The notes under the pieces were generated by a model that was not told the origin of the DNA, did not search any database, and saw nothing but the letters and a program-made list of their open reading frames with translations. Shown piece after piece: positions 1 through 11,608 of a stretch of DNA of 64,000 nucleotides. The stretch is from Macrostomum hystrix (Eukaryota; Animalia; Platyhelminthes). Every line of letters begins with the position of its first letter. Position 1 is the stretch's first letter. The position numbers and the translations under genes are program-made. The stretch lies in the NCBI GenBank assembly GCA_950097015.1, contig CATNEN010000010.1, positions 1,240,001-1,304,000 of the forward strand. Direction: 5' to 3'.

Positions 1-113
1 GACTAAGCCAAGCCAGTCACTTATAGCAACAGCCCGCCCGCTGCTGTTGTCTATGGTCGAATGCCATAGATATGCACTCATGCGCTAACAATTAGTTTAT
101 ACAAGTTTATTTA

Positions 114-964
114 TTACTCATTTGGCGTCTCGTCAAGAATGATGGATTTCATTGTTGTTGGATTGTCAGCAGAAATCGCCTTCTCAATTCTGGTCTTCAT
201 CACGTCTACGTACCGCACACCGTCATACTCTTTGATTTGCAGGTCTCTCTTGCTCAATCCACGCAACCATTTACGTCCTCTAAAACCGAAACCATACACG
301 ATCTTAAAAAGCACTTCCATCTGCAGCCGCGTCGAAGTCGACCGGTCAAAGTACGAGCGCAAGCGCACGAAGTCGTAATACTCAATCGGACAGTAGGTAC
401 TAGCACCTGCTAGTTTCTTCTCCTTATGAGCAGCAGACAAGCACGCCTTAAACGATGCAAACAGTTCGTTTCCAATGATCGTGAGATCCATTCTCTCGGA
501 AATGAAGCGATGAATCGACGCTCGGAAGCAAACTAGAGAACGAACGGCGTAGGATTTGCCATCGGCCATCTTTAGCGACACAAACCATAGCCTGAGGTAT
601 GCGCACAGATAACGCACGGGGATACTCTCGATGTTTTCCGGCAACTTTTGGTCAGGCAAGAAATTCTTTAGTCGTTTCACGTGCACTTTCATTTGCTTAA
701 CGGTCGACTCACGCATCGCTTCATCTTCCACACGCCGCAGATCGCTCTCCTCAGTCTCACTGAGCTCTCGCAGAAGTGATGCATCATCTATCTCAGACGG
801 ATTTTCCAGCTCGGCATCTATCAGTCTCTGATGCGCAGCCGTCAAGCCAGACCATTGACTAATCGCTTGATCTGGTTCGCGACGTCCAAGGCGCGTCAAA
901 AAAATCTAGCTTATCAGAGCTTAGATCGCTAATATCGTCCTCTAGTATTGAATCGTAATCCAAC
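114..964 (-). mobile_element. Crypton-type (DUF3504-like) tyrosine recombinase, copy 1; N-terminal and core part, 3'-truncated
   Basis: ORF 114..899 has LRLWF...DGKSY..RSLVCFRASIHRF and YGFGFRGRKWLR (first catalytic Arg), typical of CryptonA/DUF3504; probable frameshifted ATG at 964; ends before the HxxR, H and Y motifs. Confidence 0.75.
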
Positions 965-1379
965 ATGTCGACGCAGTAAAAAGAATAGATGGCTAAACAA
1001 CACTCTTTATTACTAAAGAATGTATTTTCTCGCAAGAGCTTGAAAGTAATCCTTGTACAACGCTCGAGCGTGCAGATAACACCTATGTCTATGTTAAAAT
1101 CCTATAGTCAATCTATTCAAAAAGCGTGCTGATCAAGGACAACTTAATAACTCTCGTTATTAAGTTAGTTATTAAGTTATTAAGTTATTAAGTTTTCCTT
1201 GGTGCTGATAATAAAGAAACGTGCAGATAATTTATGTCCATGGCAAAGCTTTAACATGGTTTATCAGTGTATATATTTTAAGTAACAACAACAGCCGAAA
1301 CAACAGTACAGCAAAGAACTGTATGAGAGGCCTGCGTCACTTTCGCAGTATTGTTCATTTTAAAGTAGATGTAAAAATG

Positions 1380-2370
1380 TTATTTCGGCAAATTAAAGGT
1401 GCACCTTCTCACGTTTCCATTAAAGTTGAGTGTCAAGGTGACCTGTCGTGGCTCGGCATGGTTGCCGCTGTTAGCCACAGCGCGCTCTGCTGGCATAGAC
1501 GTCTCCATTTGATTTGTGTCGCCCATGGATGAGTTAGCTCCATGCAGCGATGAATGCAGTGCGCTGCACATGGCCCGCATCTCGGATGTGCGTCGAATTC
1601 CGAATTGCAGGTACCGTTCGACTGTTTTCACCTGCTTGTGACCAGTCACCTTACAGATATCGGCATTCGAGTAACCAGCATCAGACAGCTCCTTGATGAC
1701 AGTCGGACGGACACAATGGGCCGTGTAGCGCTTGCTGAAACTGGCAGCCTCCAATATCTTGGTCATCATGGTTGCTAGGGTGTTCACACCAAGCGCTTGC
1801 GAAGCGCAATACCAGTTCGAGTTCTTCCACCTGGTCGTTTTTGGTTTCAATAAAAACTGTGCAGTGCACGTTGAAGCCGAACTTCCAGGCAAAGACTCGC
1901 GCCGTTCGTGCCTACATTCTTGACTTTGCCAGCCAACAGGCGCACTGCTTGCTTACCATCCGACATCGTCTCAAACACCAAGCTGTCTTCCTTCAGGTCC
2001 CTCAGCCATTACCAAAATAGTAAATCATGTTGTAATATACCTCTTGCAGCAGAGTCATTGGAGGCTGCCTGTCAAAGTAGCGCAATAACTTTTGCATGTC
2101 TTCCAGTTCAATAGCTTGAAAATGCTTCGCGCGGCCGCCCTCGGAAATAAACTTGCGAGCCATAGCCTTCAGAGTCGCGTTCGCAGCATAGAAGGCATCG
2201 CCCTCAATGATGTTTAGTTGCCTGACCCGCATCAAATAGCGGTAGATGGCCGCACGAATGCAGATTAGCGACGCTGGTGAATAAAATCCGCCGTCAGGCT
2301 TACGAGCCGTGCCGTAAAACACTCGCAGCACACGGTTGACATACTTCTGCAGGTTGGCCTTGATGCTGCT
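1380..2370 (-). mobile_element. Crypton-type tyrosine recombinase, copy 2; frameshifted, 5'-truncated
   Basis: 2002..2370 reads RVFYGTARKPDGGFYSPASLICIRAAIYRYL...YYFG; a small deletion near 2010 removes the RG motif and the frame resumes WLRDLKEDSL; 1380..1892 has HCVRPT, VTGHK, ERY and a C-terminal FNGNVRRCTFN. Confidence 0.8.
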
Positions 2371-2469
2371 GAAGCCTCGTCTGATGCGACGTCCAAGTTC
2401 AGTGCCGTCCACTGGTGTGCCGATCGTGTCGCCGCAGGTGCCGCCGATCAAGCGTCGGTTTGCATGAAA

Positions 2470-4267
2470 GGAGACGCTGTACCTGGTGTTGGATGTCCGT
2501 CGGTACGGAGAACTCTGGGTTTCGAATGGCTTGCCGATTAGCTAGGAGCACCGGATCCAGCCCTTGTTCGGCGGCTGTCGTGGGCGCCGCATCGTCAGCA
2601 GACATGGCGACCGCAGCGCGGCTGAGGGCGTCGGGCACAATGTTCAGTTTGCCAGGCCGGTAGAACAGTTGGAAGGAGAATTCCTGCAGCATCTGCAGCC
2701 AACGAGCAAGGCGACCGGTCAGTTCAGTGGCGTTGAGGAGCCCGAGGATGGTCTGGTGGTCTGTGAAGGCCTTGAAGGAAGCGGTGTTGTACAGATACAT
2801 CCGGAACTGCTTAAGCGCCCAGACCCAGCGCCAGCAGCTCGCGGTCAGTCGCGCTGTAGTTCCTCTCGGCCTTGTTCAGCGTACGGGAAGCGTATGCGAT
2901 GGGCAGTTCGACGCCGTCCTTCACCTGGCTGGTCACAGCGCCAATGGCCGTGGCACTACTGTCGCAGCTCAATAACATCTCCCGCTCGAAGTCTGGCAGC
3001 TGAAGAACAGGAGGGCTGGAGAGCGCGGCCTTGAGCTGCTGAAGCGCAATCGCGTGGTCCGCCGTCCAACGGAAGCACGAGGCCTTCTGAGTCAGCTGAT
3101 GCAGCGGATGAGCGATAGCTGCGAAGTTCGGCACAAACCGCCGATAAAAGCCTAGCATTCCGATGATGCGTCGCACATCGTCCGCAGACTGTGGTTCTGG
3201 CATGTCAAGGATGGCCTTGACTTTCTCTAGGGCTGGAGAGACACCGCTAGCAGAGACTTCGTGGCCCAAGTAGGTAACTCGTCGAAAGGCAAAGAAACTT
3301 TTGCCCGGGTTCAGTTTGAGGTTCGCTGACCTCAGCCTGTTCAGCACCTTCCGTAGGGAAGCCAGGTGTTCACTGAAGCTCTTGTTAAAGATGATTATGT
3401 CGTCGATGTAGGCGATCACTTCCTCCCAGGTGAGGCCAGGCATTATGAGCTCCATCATTCTCTGGTAGGTTGCAGGAGCATTGCACATTCCGAATCACAT
3501 TTTCCGGAACTGCATCAGGCCACTAGGTGTGTAGAAAGCCGTCTTTGGTCGATCCTCCTCTTTCAGCTCTACCTGCAGGAAGCCCTGGCGCAGATCGATT
3601 GTTGAAAATCACGAGCAGCCGGCCAAGGCGTCCAGAGCTTGATGTAGATGTGGAAGCAGACGCGCATCTTTTACTGTGAGGTCATTGAGCGCGCGCCAGT
3701 CAACGGGTCGCGCTCGTTGATGTAGGAGCCGCAGTGTGTAGCAAAGCTCTCTCAGTGTCTCCGTGGCGCCTCGCTGACGGCCCTCGAACGAATACATGGC
3801 TTCGAAAGAGTCTGATTCTCCCCGTACTGTGTTATCACGGCAATTTTTTAGCGTAACTCTTTGACTTGGCTTCTGGCAAATTCCAGACGTACATCTGGGC
3901 TTCTCCAGTCAGTAGCAACTTCAGTTTCCGAGCAGACTTGGCGTCGTCCCATTCAGCATCTTCGGCGAATTCTTCGAAGAGTCGCAGCCAAGTCCTTATG
4001 TCGGCCTTGTCAGTGCCAGAAAATTTTGGCGGTAAAAGTGCACTGTTTGCCGTGGCCATGACTGGGCAGATTTTAGAGTTCGCTTGGCAAGAGTCACCGC
4101 TGCCACCAGTGTAAGGTTTGCGAAAACGGTCGACTAGTATATTTGCGTGCAAGCGATTTTTATGACAAAGCGAATTACGTAACCGCTTGGGATTGTCTGA
4201 ACTGAACAACCCCAGCGGCAGGAATGAAAGTGTACAATGTATACTCATAACCTCCACAGAACTAACA
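2470..4267 (-). mobile_element. Degenerate Ty3/gypsy LTR retrotransposon (5' LTR remnant, gag, RT, RNase H; protease and integrase absent)
   Basis: gag-like PPKFSGTDKADIRTWLRLFEE (3835..4060); RT VDWRALNDLT...DL..GFLQ (3500..3750) and YIDD (2811..3488); RNase H TDH...RLARW...YRPGKLN.VPDALSR (2600..2800); stops and frameshifts; LTR ends ...TACA at 4110, far LTR boundary near 4267 uncertain. Confidence 0.9.
4095..4108 (-). other. Primer-binding site of the gypsy element (tRNA-Leu type)
   Basis: Minus strand TGGTGGCAGCGGTG one base after the LTR end TACA; complementary to the 3' end of tRNA-Leu (...CACCGCUGCCACCA). Confidence 0.75.
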
Positions 4268-4379
4268 AGGAAGATTTGCATCTATCGCACCTGTTCCCGT
4301 TAAAATGACTGTGGAAGATGAAACCGAATTCCACTCAGCCACTCAGTTTTTAATCTGCAGAAAGTTGCCAATTTGCACA

Positions 4380-4741
4380 GATATTAAAACCTGCACATTC
4401 ATTACAGCTCCGACCCAAAGCGAGTGCTCAGAGGTCTACTCGCGCCTGCTGAATCTTGTCCAGGAGCTCGGCTTCGAAGTCAACTGGCAGAGAAGGTTTT
4501 CCCGCCTACTCAGCGGCTTGTCTTCCAGCGCGTCGAGCTCGACACGCGTACAGGTCAGACGAACCTGCCTGCCGATAAGCGCCTGGCCCTGATTGAGATG
4601 ATCCAGGACTGTGGCGCAAGCAGCACAATCATGAGCAAGAAACTTCAGCGCCTTTGCGGTAAACTGAGCTGGTTCTGCACCGTAGCTGAGCGTGCGCACC
4701 CTTTCCTTCGCAACCTGCTGCAGCTCTGCGACCAGAATTAA
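4380..4741 (+). mobile_element. DIRS/Ngaro-like YR retrotransposon RT fragment
   Basis: Two frames give ELGFEVN..EKVFPPTQRLVF..VELDT....LPADKR...KLQRLCGKLSW, the C-terminal RT signature of DIRS-like elements. Confidence 0.65.
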
Positions 4742-5020
4742 GGAGGCCGCATACCGGAGGCCGCAACCTGGCTTGGCAGAGACAAGCGGTCACCACCTTC
4801 TTCAGCGCTCCAATCTGGCCGGTACCATTTTTCTTCTCCTCTCATCATGGATTTTGCAAATAGGTCGTAAATAGGTGAATATGGATTCTGGAAAAAGCAT
4901 AAACGTTTGTCCTAAAATTCCCATCTTCCCTTCTACTGTGGGAGCTCTAAACTTTTTTCAGCTTAGGAATATATTTTTCAGGCCAAAAAACACAAGACTG
5001 GGCCTGGCTTAGCAGACTCA

Positions 5021-6757
5021 AGTGGATGCTGGCAGCTGCCGAGTCTGATCCCCTGTATGCTCAAGTCCAGCGACCTTCCAGGTGATCTGGTCACGCATTG
5101 GAGCGAGCAGACCAGAGCCTGCTGCCTCTTCCGCTACCAGACGGTCTGTCGCGACATTCGAACCAAGTCACCGAGCAACAGTTCCTGCAGCGTGTTCCGC
5201 ACCTCCTCGCTGACGAGCTGCTCCGAGTCGCTCGCTCAGCAGTTCGACGGTGTGTGGCTGGCAGGAGGTCCCAGCAGGTTCGACAACTTGGTGTGTCAGG
5301 CCGAGCCCAGCAACTACCGACTGAGCAGCCAAAATGTGGCCTGGCTCAGGACGGAGCCGCATTCGACGGCTCAACTTCGTACGCGCTGATCGACGATGTG
5401 GGCAAGGTCGTGAACGGCGGCAGCTTCACCTGGCTGATGAGGCTGAGGAGGCTGCCTTAAATTCAGCCGCTGATGGACACGGTCGACTGCAGCAACCTGG
5501 CTGCTGTAAACCTTGGTCCTGCCTATTGGGAGCATAACGCTTCGAACAAGCTCAGTTTCTATATGCCTGGAACTCCAGGTGCTAATGTTGTGAGCTGCGT
5601 CTCATAACGACCTTGCCCCGACCCCTGCGTCTCCAGCCCTTCCACCCCGGCCGCCTGCTCAATCCGGTTCTGCCCGGCCCCGGCTTTGGCCACCCTCCTT
5701 TGGCGTGTTTGTCATTCGCCTATTGGCTGTCCCCTGTGCCGTCCTCGCTAGTCCAATCAGGCCTCTCGCCAAGGAGGCTTCTGATTGGCTAGCCGGTCTC
5801 CTTCTCTCTCTCTCGGCTTGCAGCCGACCCCAGCCCAGCCCTGTTTGCTACCACCCCAGCCCTGCGTGGCTTAGCCCTACCCCGTCCAGCCCTATGCCCT
5901 CGCCCCACCCCACGCAGTTATTTATTTGCGCGCGCTGCCCGTGGCCAGCCCCCGCGCCTCCAGAGTACTAGGGCGAGAACGTTGGCGAAGCTAATTTAAA
6001 CGTTAGAAGCGATTGGAAAGCGGTAGAAAGTAGAATCCATAATAAACTACGCAGCCTGAAGCACAATTTATTGCATGAGTTCAACGTTCAACCCCTCCCG
6101 GTAAGAAAAGCATTCACGCGTTATTTATTTATTTATTATCGAATCTTGTTCCTCTGCCCGACCTCGGCTGCTGCAAAAAGCTCACCATCATCCTTCTCCT
6201 CCAGAGTCTTCCTCGAGTCTGCGAAGTGTCGGTACGCTTCCAGACCATCATCTACCTCTCTCTTGGGCTGTCGAGTGGCTACCCGCTCGCAGTCAAAACC
6301 TTCAGTCAGGGCTTAGCGAGTGTCGGTACGCTCCAAGTCCATCCCGTCTCTCCTCGGAGTGTCTGGACGCCTCGAGGGTCGCTGCTTCCCCTCCCTCTAC
6401 CCCCGGCAAGCTTTGGGCGGTCCGTACCCGAACCCCCACTACCGCGTTGGCGAACTGCCGACAATACGAAAAAGTACAACACTAACATCGATACACCTGA
6501 AATTCTTCCAAACAATGCGAACACCTGGATTGACGGCTCCTTCGTGGCAACCTTGGCAGCAGGCAGCTTGCTGCTGCTCGCCGACTGTTTGCTTCACTCT
6601 TCAAGTGAGCCGCAGAATTCCTTCAAACTTTTTCAAAGGCACCATCAGTGCCTTGGCGTTGGCCAACAGCTCCATGACGGAGCAGGACATTCGCAAGTTC
6701 ATCTCAGCCCCTGCCCTGAGCCGAAGCCATGACAATTGTATTTCTTACGTTTGTTAA
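5021..6757 (+). pseudogene. Disrupted PAN/apple-like + LamG (concanavalin-A-like) protein
   Basis: Cys-rich segment 5057..5340; then AFDGSTSYALID...SFTWLMRL..*IQPLMD (stop 5458); after a ~900-bp gap TWIDG...FKGTISALALANSSMTEQDI, a LamG C-terminal pattern; at least two frameshifts. Confidence 0.4.
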
Positions 6758-7169
6758 ATCTTCTGTAAGAAAAATCTTAATTTGTGATTTGTTTAATAGG
6801 TGAAAACTCAGCACTGCAGGACCGATAAGAGCGCCAAAAATGACACCCTAGCTTTGTAAACCAGCTTAAATAAACGTTCATCCGACTGTCTAGCCAGAAT
6901 TTTTGTAGGTTCATGGATACGAGTATGCGTAGTCATGCTTGCCTTGTTCAATTCGCGATTAGCCCTAGCTCGCTTTAGAAGGCCAGTCTACTTCTCAACG
7001 GCCATGGATCAAGGAGGGAGTTCAGTTAGTGTATGATTAAAGCGTCGCTGGACACAATGATTGTTAGTGCGTCGAGCATTGGGGATCGAGGTGCCAAGAG
7101 TCAGATTCCCAAGTCGACCACTATCCCAGATTTTTGCTAACGAGTTCGCGAAGTTCTGCAGAGTCGCCG

Positions 7170-7335
7170 CTGACTCACCTGGGCTGCCTTTCGTTCTGTG
7201 AGGGCGGTCCTGCAATCCGAGGCCCAAACTGATCGCTAGAGGGCGGCGATGTTCCAGGCGGTGGTCGAGACCATCCTGCTTTACAACGCCAAGACCTGGA
7301 CGCTGACGGACTCTGCCTGCTGCGCGCAGCCTTTA
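7170..7335 (+). mobile_element. RTE-type LINE fragment (post-RT region)
   Basis: WAAFRSVRAVLQSEA..*RAAMFQAVVETILLYNAKTWTLT matches the RTE VESxLLYxxETWTL motif. Confidence 0.65.
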
Positions 7336-8328
7336 TTCCCAGAACTCATATTCAAGATAATATAATTTCAAAAAGTTTGCTTCCACTTTCAAACCTGTCC
7401 CAATTATGATACCTGGAGGAATGCGAGATGCATCTTAAAACTTCTTATCACTGTTATCTCTGTAGAAAGCCATTTGAATCGAGAGAAATGAGAAATCCCA
7501 CTGTAAGAGATCAGTAATTTCACAAGAAGATATAAAGGAGCAGATCATAAACCTACAACCCTCAAAAGCGATACCCGTGACCAAATTTTTTTCCTGCACA
7601 AGACAAAAGGTTATAAACTTCACATTTAAGTAGCTCGTACATAAGCATAAAATGATCACAAACATCCAACTCCATTTTATATCGCAGGGAACAAAAAAAT
7701 GGAGTGTATTATCATTACAGCTGACAGTTCTTAAGACTTAATAAAGATCAAAGGTTCCTTTAAGGTTTCTAACGGCAATTCTTGACGCTTTGAGTAATTT
7801 TGGCAGGTTGGCAGTGTTCAGAGCCTGTACTCTCATTGTAACCAGGCATGGATCAAGATACCCTCATTTTAGCAACTGACGAACAGCCAAGAACAGCGCT
7901 AAACTGTAGCCTGATTAATTTTCAACAGTAATAGATTGACTATTATTGCTGATGACAACCACTTTACCTTTGATACAGGAGTCAATAAATCAATTTTGAA
8001 TTAATACTAAGCTTTGTTGAATATATTGACAAGTATTGGCAATAAGGTTTTGTTTATTATCAATTATAGAGACACAGCTTTTCAGTACTTCTGAATAAAT
8101 AAAAGCTAGAAAAAATATTTTGGTCAGAGTTTTCCTTACTACTTATATATTTGCATTAGTAGTAGTTGTGCGCTTACTCATCAGTGGTACGATAAAGACA
8201 TTCATTACCAGTATGTTGCCTTTCATTTTCCATTTCTAAGTATAGTTTCATATCCCACAAGGCCTCCGTTGAAATTTGTTTCTCGGCTTGTTTCCCTAGC
8301 AACAAATCTTGCATTTCTGCTCGAGTTT

Positions 8329-9069
8329 TCAATCGAACGGTGACAGACATTCAGCCACAGCGCCGTTGTAAGATGCCGTCATGGAATTGTCGTTGATAAA
8401 TGGGTCATTGTAGTACAGGGAGACCACATTCTCTCCTGAGCCATAGTTGTTTGGCTCGCCGTTCTGCCACAGGCTGCTGTTCATGATGATGCTGTTACCG
8501 CAGCTGGCCCAGATCCATCCGCCGGCGGGTTCCGGACTGCCCGGATGCTGGAATCCGCCAAGCAGCAACATAGTCCAGCCGTTATTGAAAAATGAGAACA
8601 CGTGGTTTAGCTCGCTCGCACTGTCAAGATCGGCCATGATGACGAGGCCCGGCTGGCTCTCGATGTCACTCTTGATCTGGTTCCAGCTGCTGATGCTGCT
8701 GAACACTTTGTACTTGGTGCCGCAGAAGTCGTTGGCGAAGCCGCTGGGGCACAGGCTGGCTCCGGGCTGCACGCCGGCCGGCTTCCTCTTCATGAACAGG
8801 CGGCCCCGACGGCTGCAGCTGCAGTCGCGGACGAACTTGCTGCATTTGTCGAACACGAACAGCTGGCAGGGTCCGTCAGCCACGCTGAAGGCCTGGCAGC
8901 GCCAGTTCTCATTGCAGAGGAAGGCGCAGTGACGCTCGGAGGCCACTTCGAGGCGCGTCTCTGTAAACTGGGCACGCACGCAGAGGAAGGCGTTGTCCAC
9001 GGTGGCGAAGTCCTGCGCCAGAGTCGTGGCGAGAACGGCGATCAGGACAGTCGAGAGGCAGATCTTCAT
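8329..9069 (-). CDS. Secreted PAN/apple + C-type lectin protein, 246 aa, single exon
   Basis: Signal peptide MKICLSTVLIAVLATTLA; PAN pattern C-x3-C-x5-C-xAF-x6-C; CTLD with CPSGF, LLGG, WIW, WQNGEPNN and terminal AEC. Confidence 0.85.
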   Translation of the reverse strand: MKICLSTVLIAVLATTLAQDFATVDNAFLCVRAQFTETRLEVASERHCAFLCNENWRCQAFSVADGPCQLFVFDKCSKFVRDCSCSRRGRLFMKRKPAGVQPGASLCPSGFANDFCGTKYKVFSSISSWNQIKSDIESQPGLVIMADLDSASELNHVFSFFNNGWTMLLLGGFQHPGSPEPAGGWIWASCGNSIIMNSSLWQNGEPNNYGSGENVVSLYYNDPFINDNSMTASYNGAVAECLSPFD

Positions 9070-9636
9070 GACGGCTGCGGGGCTGAGGGCTGGAACGATG
9101 CCGCTGACACCCTTGGCGCTTCTCGCTTCAGATCGCTGTTAGTGCTCATTTTATAGCGCTTCGAGAGTAGCAAAAATAAAAGGCGAAGAAGCCGCCACAC
9201 CAACTGGATCTTAACAGCTGTGAATTAAATCCCGTTCCGCTTGACAACCAGGTGTCAGCAGAGGGCTTACAGCATGAGTGGTATTTTTTTATATCTACTC
9301 AGCCGGTTATCGCATGAACTAAATGAAGCTGCTTTCAGATTTAAAGGAAACAAAAATTCAAGCTTGATGGCTCAAATCATTCACAAAACAAAAACTAGCT
9401 GGCAGAAAAATGCGTGTTAATAGCTGGTAAATTTTTTACACGATTGAGAAGTGCTCCTGCTGCTGCTGGCGCTGCCTTAAAATATTGAAAATGGGAGTTA
9501 AAAATACGAGTAGATACAATAGAACCACGTGTCGGTTAGAAAAGAATTGATGCATGACTTTAGCAAAATAGGTGCATCGAAATACAATTATTAAATATCA
9601 AATTCTATCACTTTATTTAACTCTCTGTCATGAACA

Positions 9637-10078
9637 AGACAAGCCCGGCCCCAAACCCCGCAAGTCAGGACTAGCCCTACCCCAAACCCCGCAAGTCAAG
9701 ACTAGCCCTACCCCAAACCCCGCAAGTCAAGACTAGCCCTACCCCAAACCCCGCCAGTCAAGACTAGCCCTACCCCAAACCCCGCCAGTCAAGACTAGCC
9801 CTACCCCAAACCCCGCCAGTCAAGACTAGCCCTATCCCAAACTCCGCAAATCAGGACTAGCCCTACCCCAAACCCCGCCAGTCAAGACTAGCCCTACCCC
9901 AAACCCCGCCAGTCAAGACTAGCCCTACCCCAAACCCCGCCAGTCAAGACTAGCCCTACCCCAAACCCCGCAAGTCAAGACTAGCCCTATCCCAAACTCC
10001 GCAAGTCAAGACAAGCCCTATCCCAAACTCCGCAAGTCAAGACTAGCCCTATCCCAAACTCCGCAAGTCAAGACTAGC
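9637..10078. repeat. 31-bp minisatellite, ~14 copies (CAAGACTAGCCCTACCCCAAACCCCGCCAGT)
   Basis: Direct period 31 (CAAGTC at 9661, 9692). Confidence 0.95.
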
Positions 10079-11121
10079 ACTTTTTAATTGGCTAAGAGTC
10101 AAGACAGCCAAGACCATCAGGGCGGGTGCTTACTGCTGTCGGAAAAATCTTCCGGAGCCACAATAAATCCGAATGCGAAAACGTCCTGCCTAATGGAGTC
10201 TTCCTTTTTCGTCAAACATGACAAGCCATCTTAGTTTTGATGTTTAACAGATTCTCAGCTCTATATTATTGACAATTTTTTAATGGCAAGCTTGCTGGCG
10301 TGGGAGGCTGAAAATGTACTTTTAGGTCCCGCCACTAAGCTAGGAGGTTTGGCCAGCTTTTCTAACTCAGCCAGCTGTCTCGCAGATCATATCCTAAGCT
10401 TGATTGTCTCCCAAAAGTGGGTGCTACCTGGAGCAAAAATGTTACTAAATGCGATATTGACACAGCTAGTTGTTCTTGCTTAGCTGCTTCAGTGAGAAAA
10501 TGAGACAGTCAGTGATGAAGCCAAAAACTTATTTTTTAAAGAATTCTTTTATTTAGCTATTTACTATGCGAGCCGAGCCGCCTTTGTCGGCGGAATTCAT
10601 GAAAAAAAACGAATTGTGGAGCTGCTCTCAGTTGTCCATTGTTTCCGTGGCGACAGGAAAAAGTTTTTTTCTAGCGATGCAGACAGGACAATATGAGTAA
10701 CGAAAGACACAACAATTAAATAGAAATTCAACGGCTCGCTTTACGACTGAGTTGTTTTATATTGAGTTGAATCAGGAACCCGAACCGGTTATAAAATTCC
10801 AGGAAACAAGCTAGTGAAACGGCTTTCTTTTCAGCAGGCCCTGCTTGTTGTTTCTTTCGCGCCAAACAATTTTCAGAATGAGTTTCCTGGAATTTTGCGA
10901 GTACCTTAAGGTACTTTAAGGTAGATCGGCAGTTTCAAGGAAGTGAAAACTCAGAAACGGCAGCGTTGGAATATCTTGCCAGAAGTGGTGGCAGTCGAGT
11001 TTGCTGGAGCTTCAGAATCCTCAACTAAGAGGTCGCGAGTTCGAAACTCGTGACACAGGGTTCCAATTTGTATCATTAGCTGAGAGATTTGATTCCATAA
11101 ACAATAATAATTGCAGGAGGG

Positions 11122-11457
11122 CTGCGGGCAGTGGCACATCATTTGGTGACCGGCAGCCGGCGAGGAGGCAATTCTGCCCGTTTCGCTGACTCCTGAGCAT
11201 ACACTCACACAGATTCTGAACGCAGGCACACGCTGACACAAGTGTGTCCATCTGCCTTGACTTTCTCAGCGTCAGGCAGTGTACACTTTCACTGTGCCTT
11301 GGAGGTCGGCCCTCAGGGGTGTAAATTGCACGACAAGCCCCCAAGCCTTCTCCCCGCGGCTGCGCCCCAACTAAATGCGACCTCGCCGCGGAATCGAGCT
11401 CAGGGACCTTGGTGGGAGTGGCAAATGGGTTAACCGCTGTGCTACTCACCCCCTTAA
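11122..11457 (-). mobile_element. tRNA-derived SINE family B, copy 1
   Basis: Minus-strand head with A box TAGCACAGCGGTTAA and B box GAGCTCGATTCC; aligns with 19088..19386 (+) and 21170..21300 (-). Confidence 0.7.
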
Positions 11458-11608
11458 TCCCTTAGATGTGTATGGACTGAAAAGCTGCACACAGCCTTTT
11501 GAATTGCCGCGCAAAAATCTCCTGTTGGGTGCCTGGACAATTGCGTTGGCGGGTTCTATGAGCTATAAGCATTTAGCAGTTCAGGGATTCTTAGACCTAC
11601 CCCCTAGC

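Noticed and set aside
10900-10915. Perfect 16-bp palindrome AGTACCTTAAGGTACT
   Set aside because: Isolated, no flanking TIR/TSD structure or recognisable function
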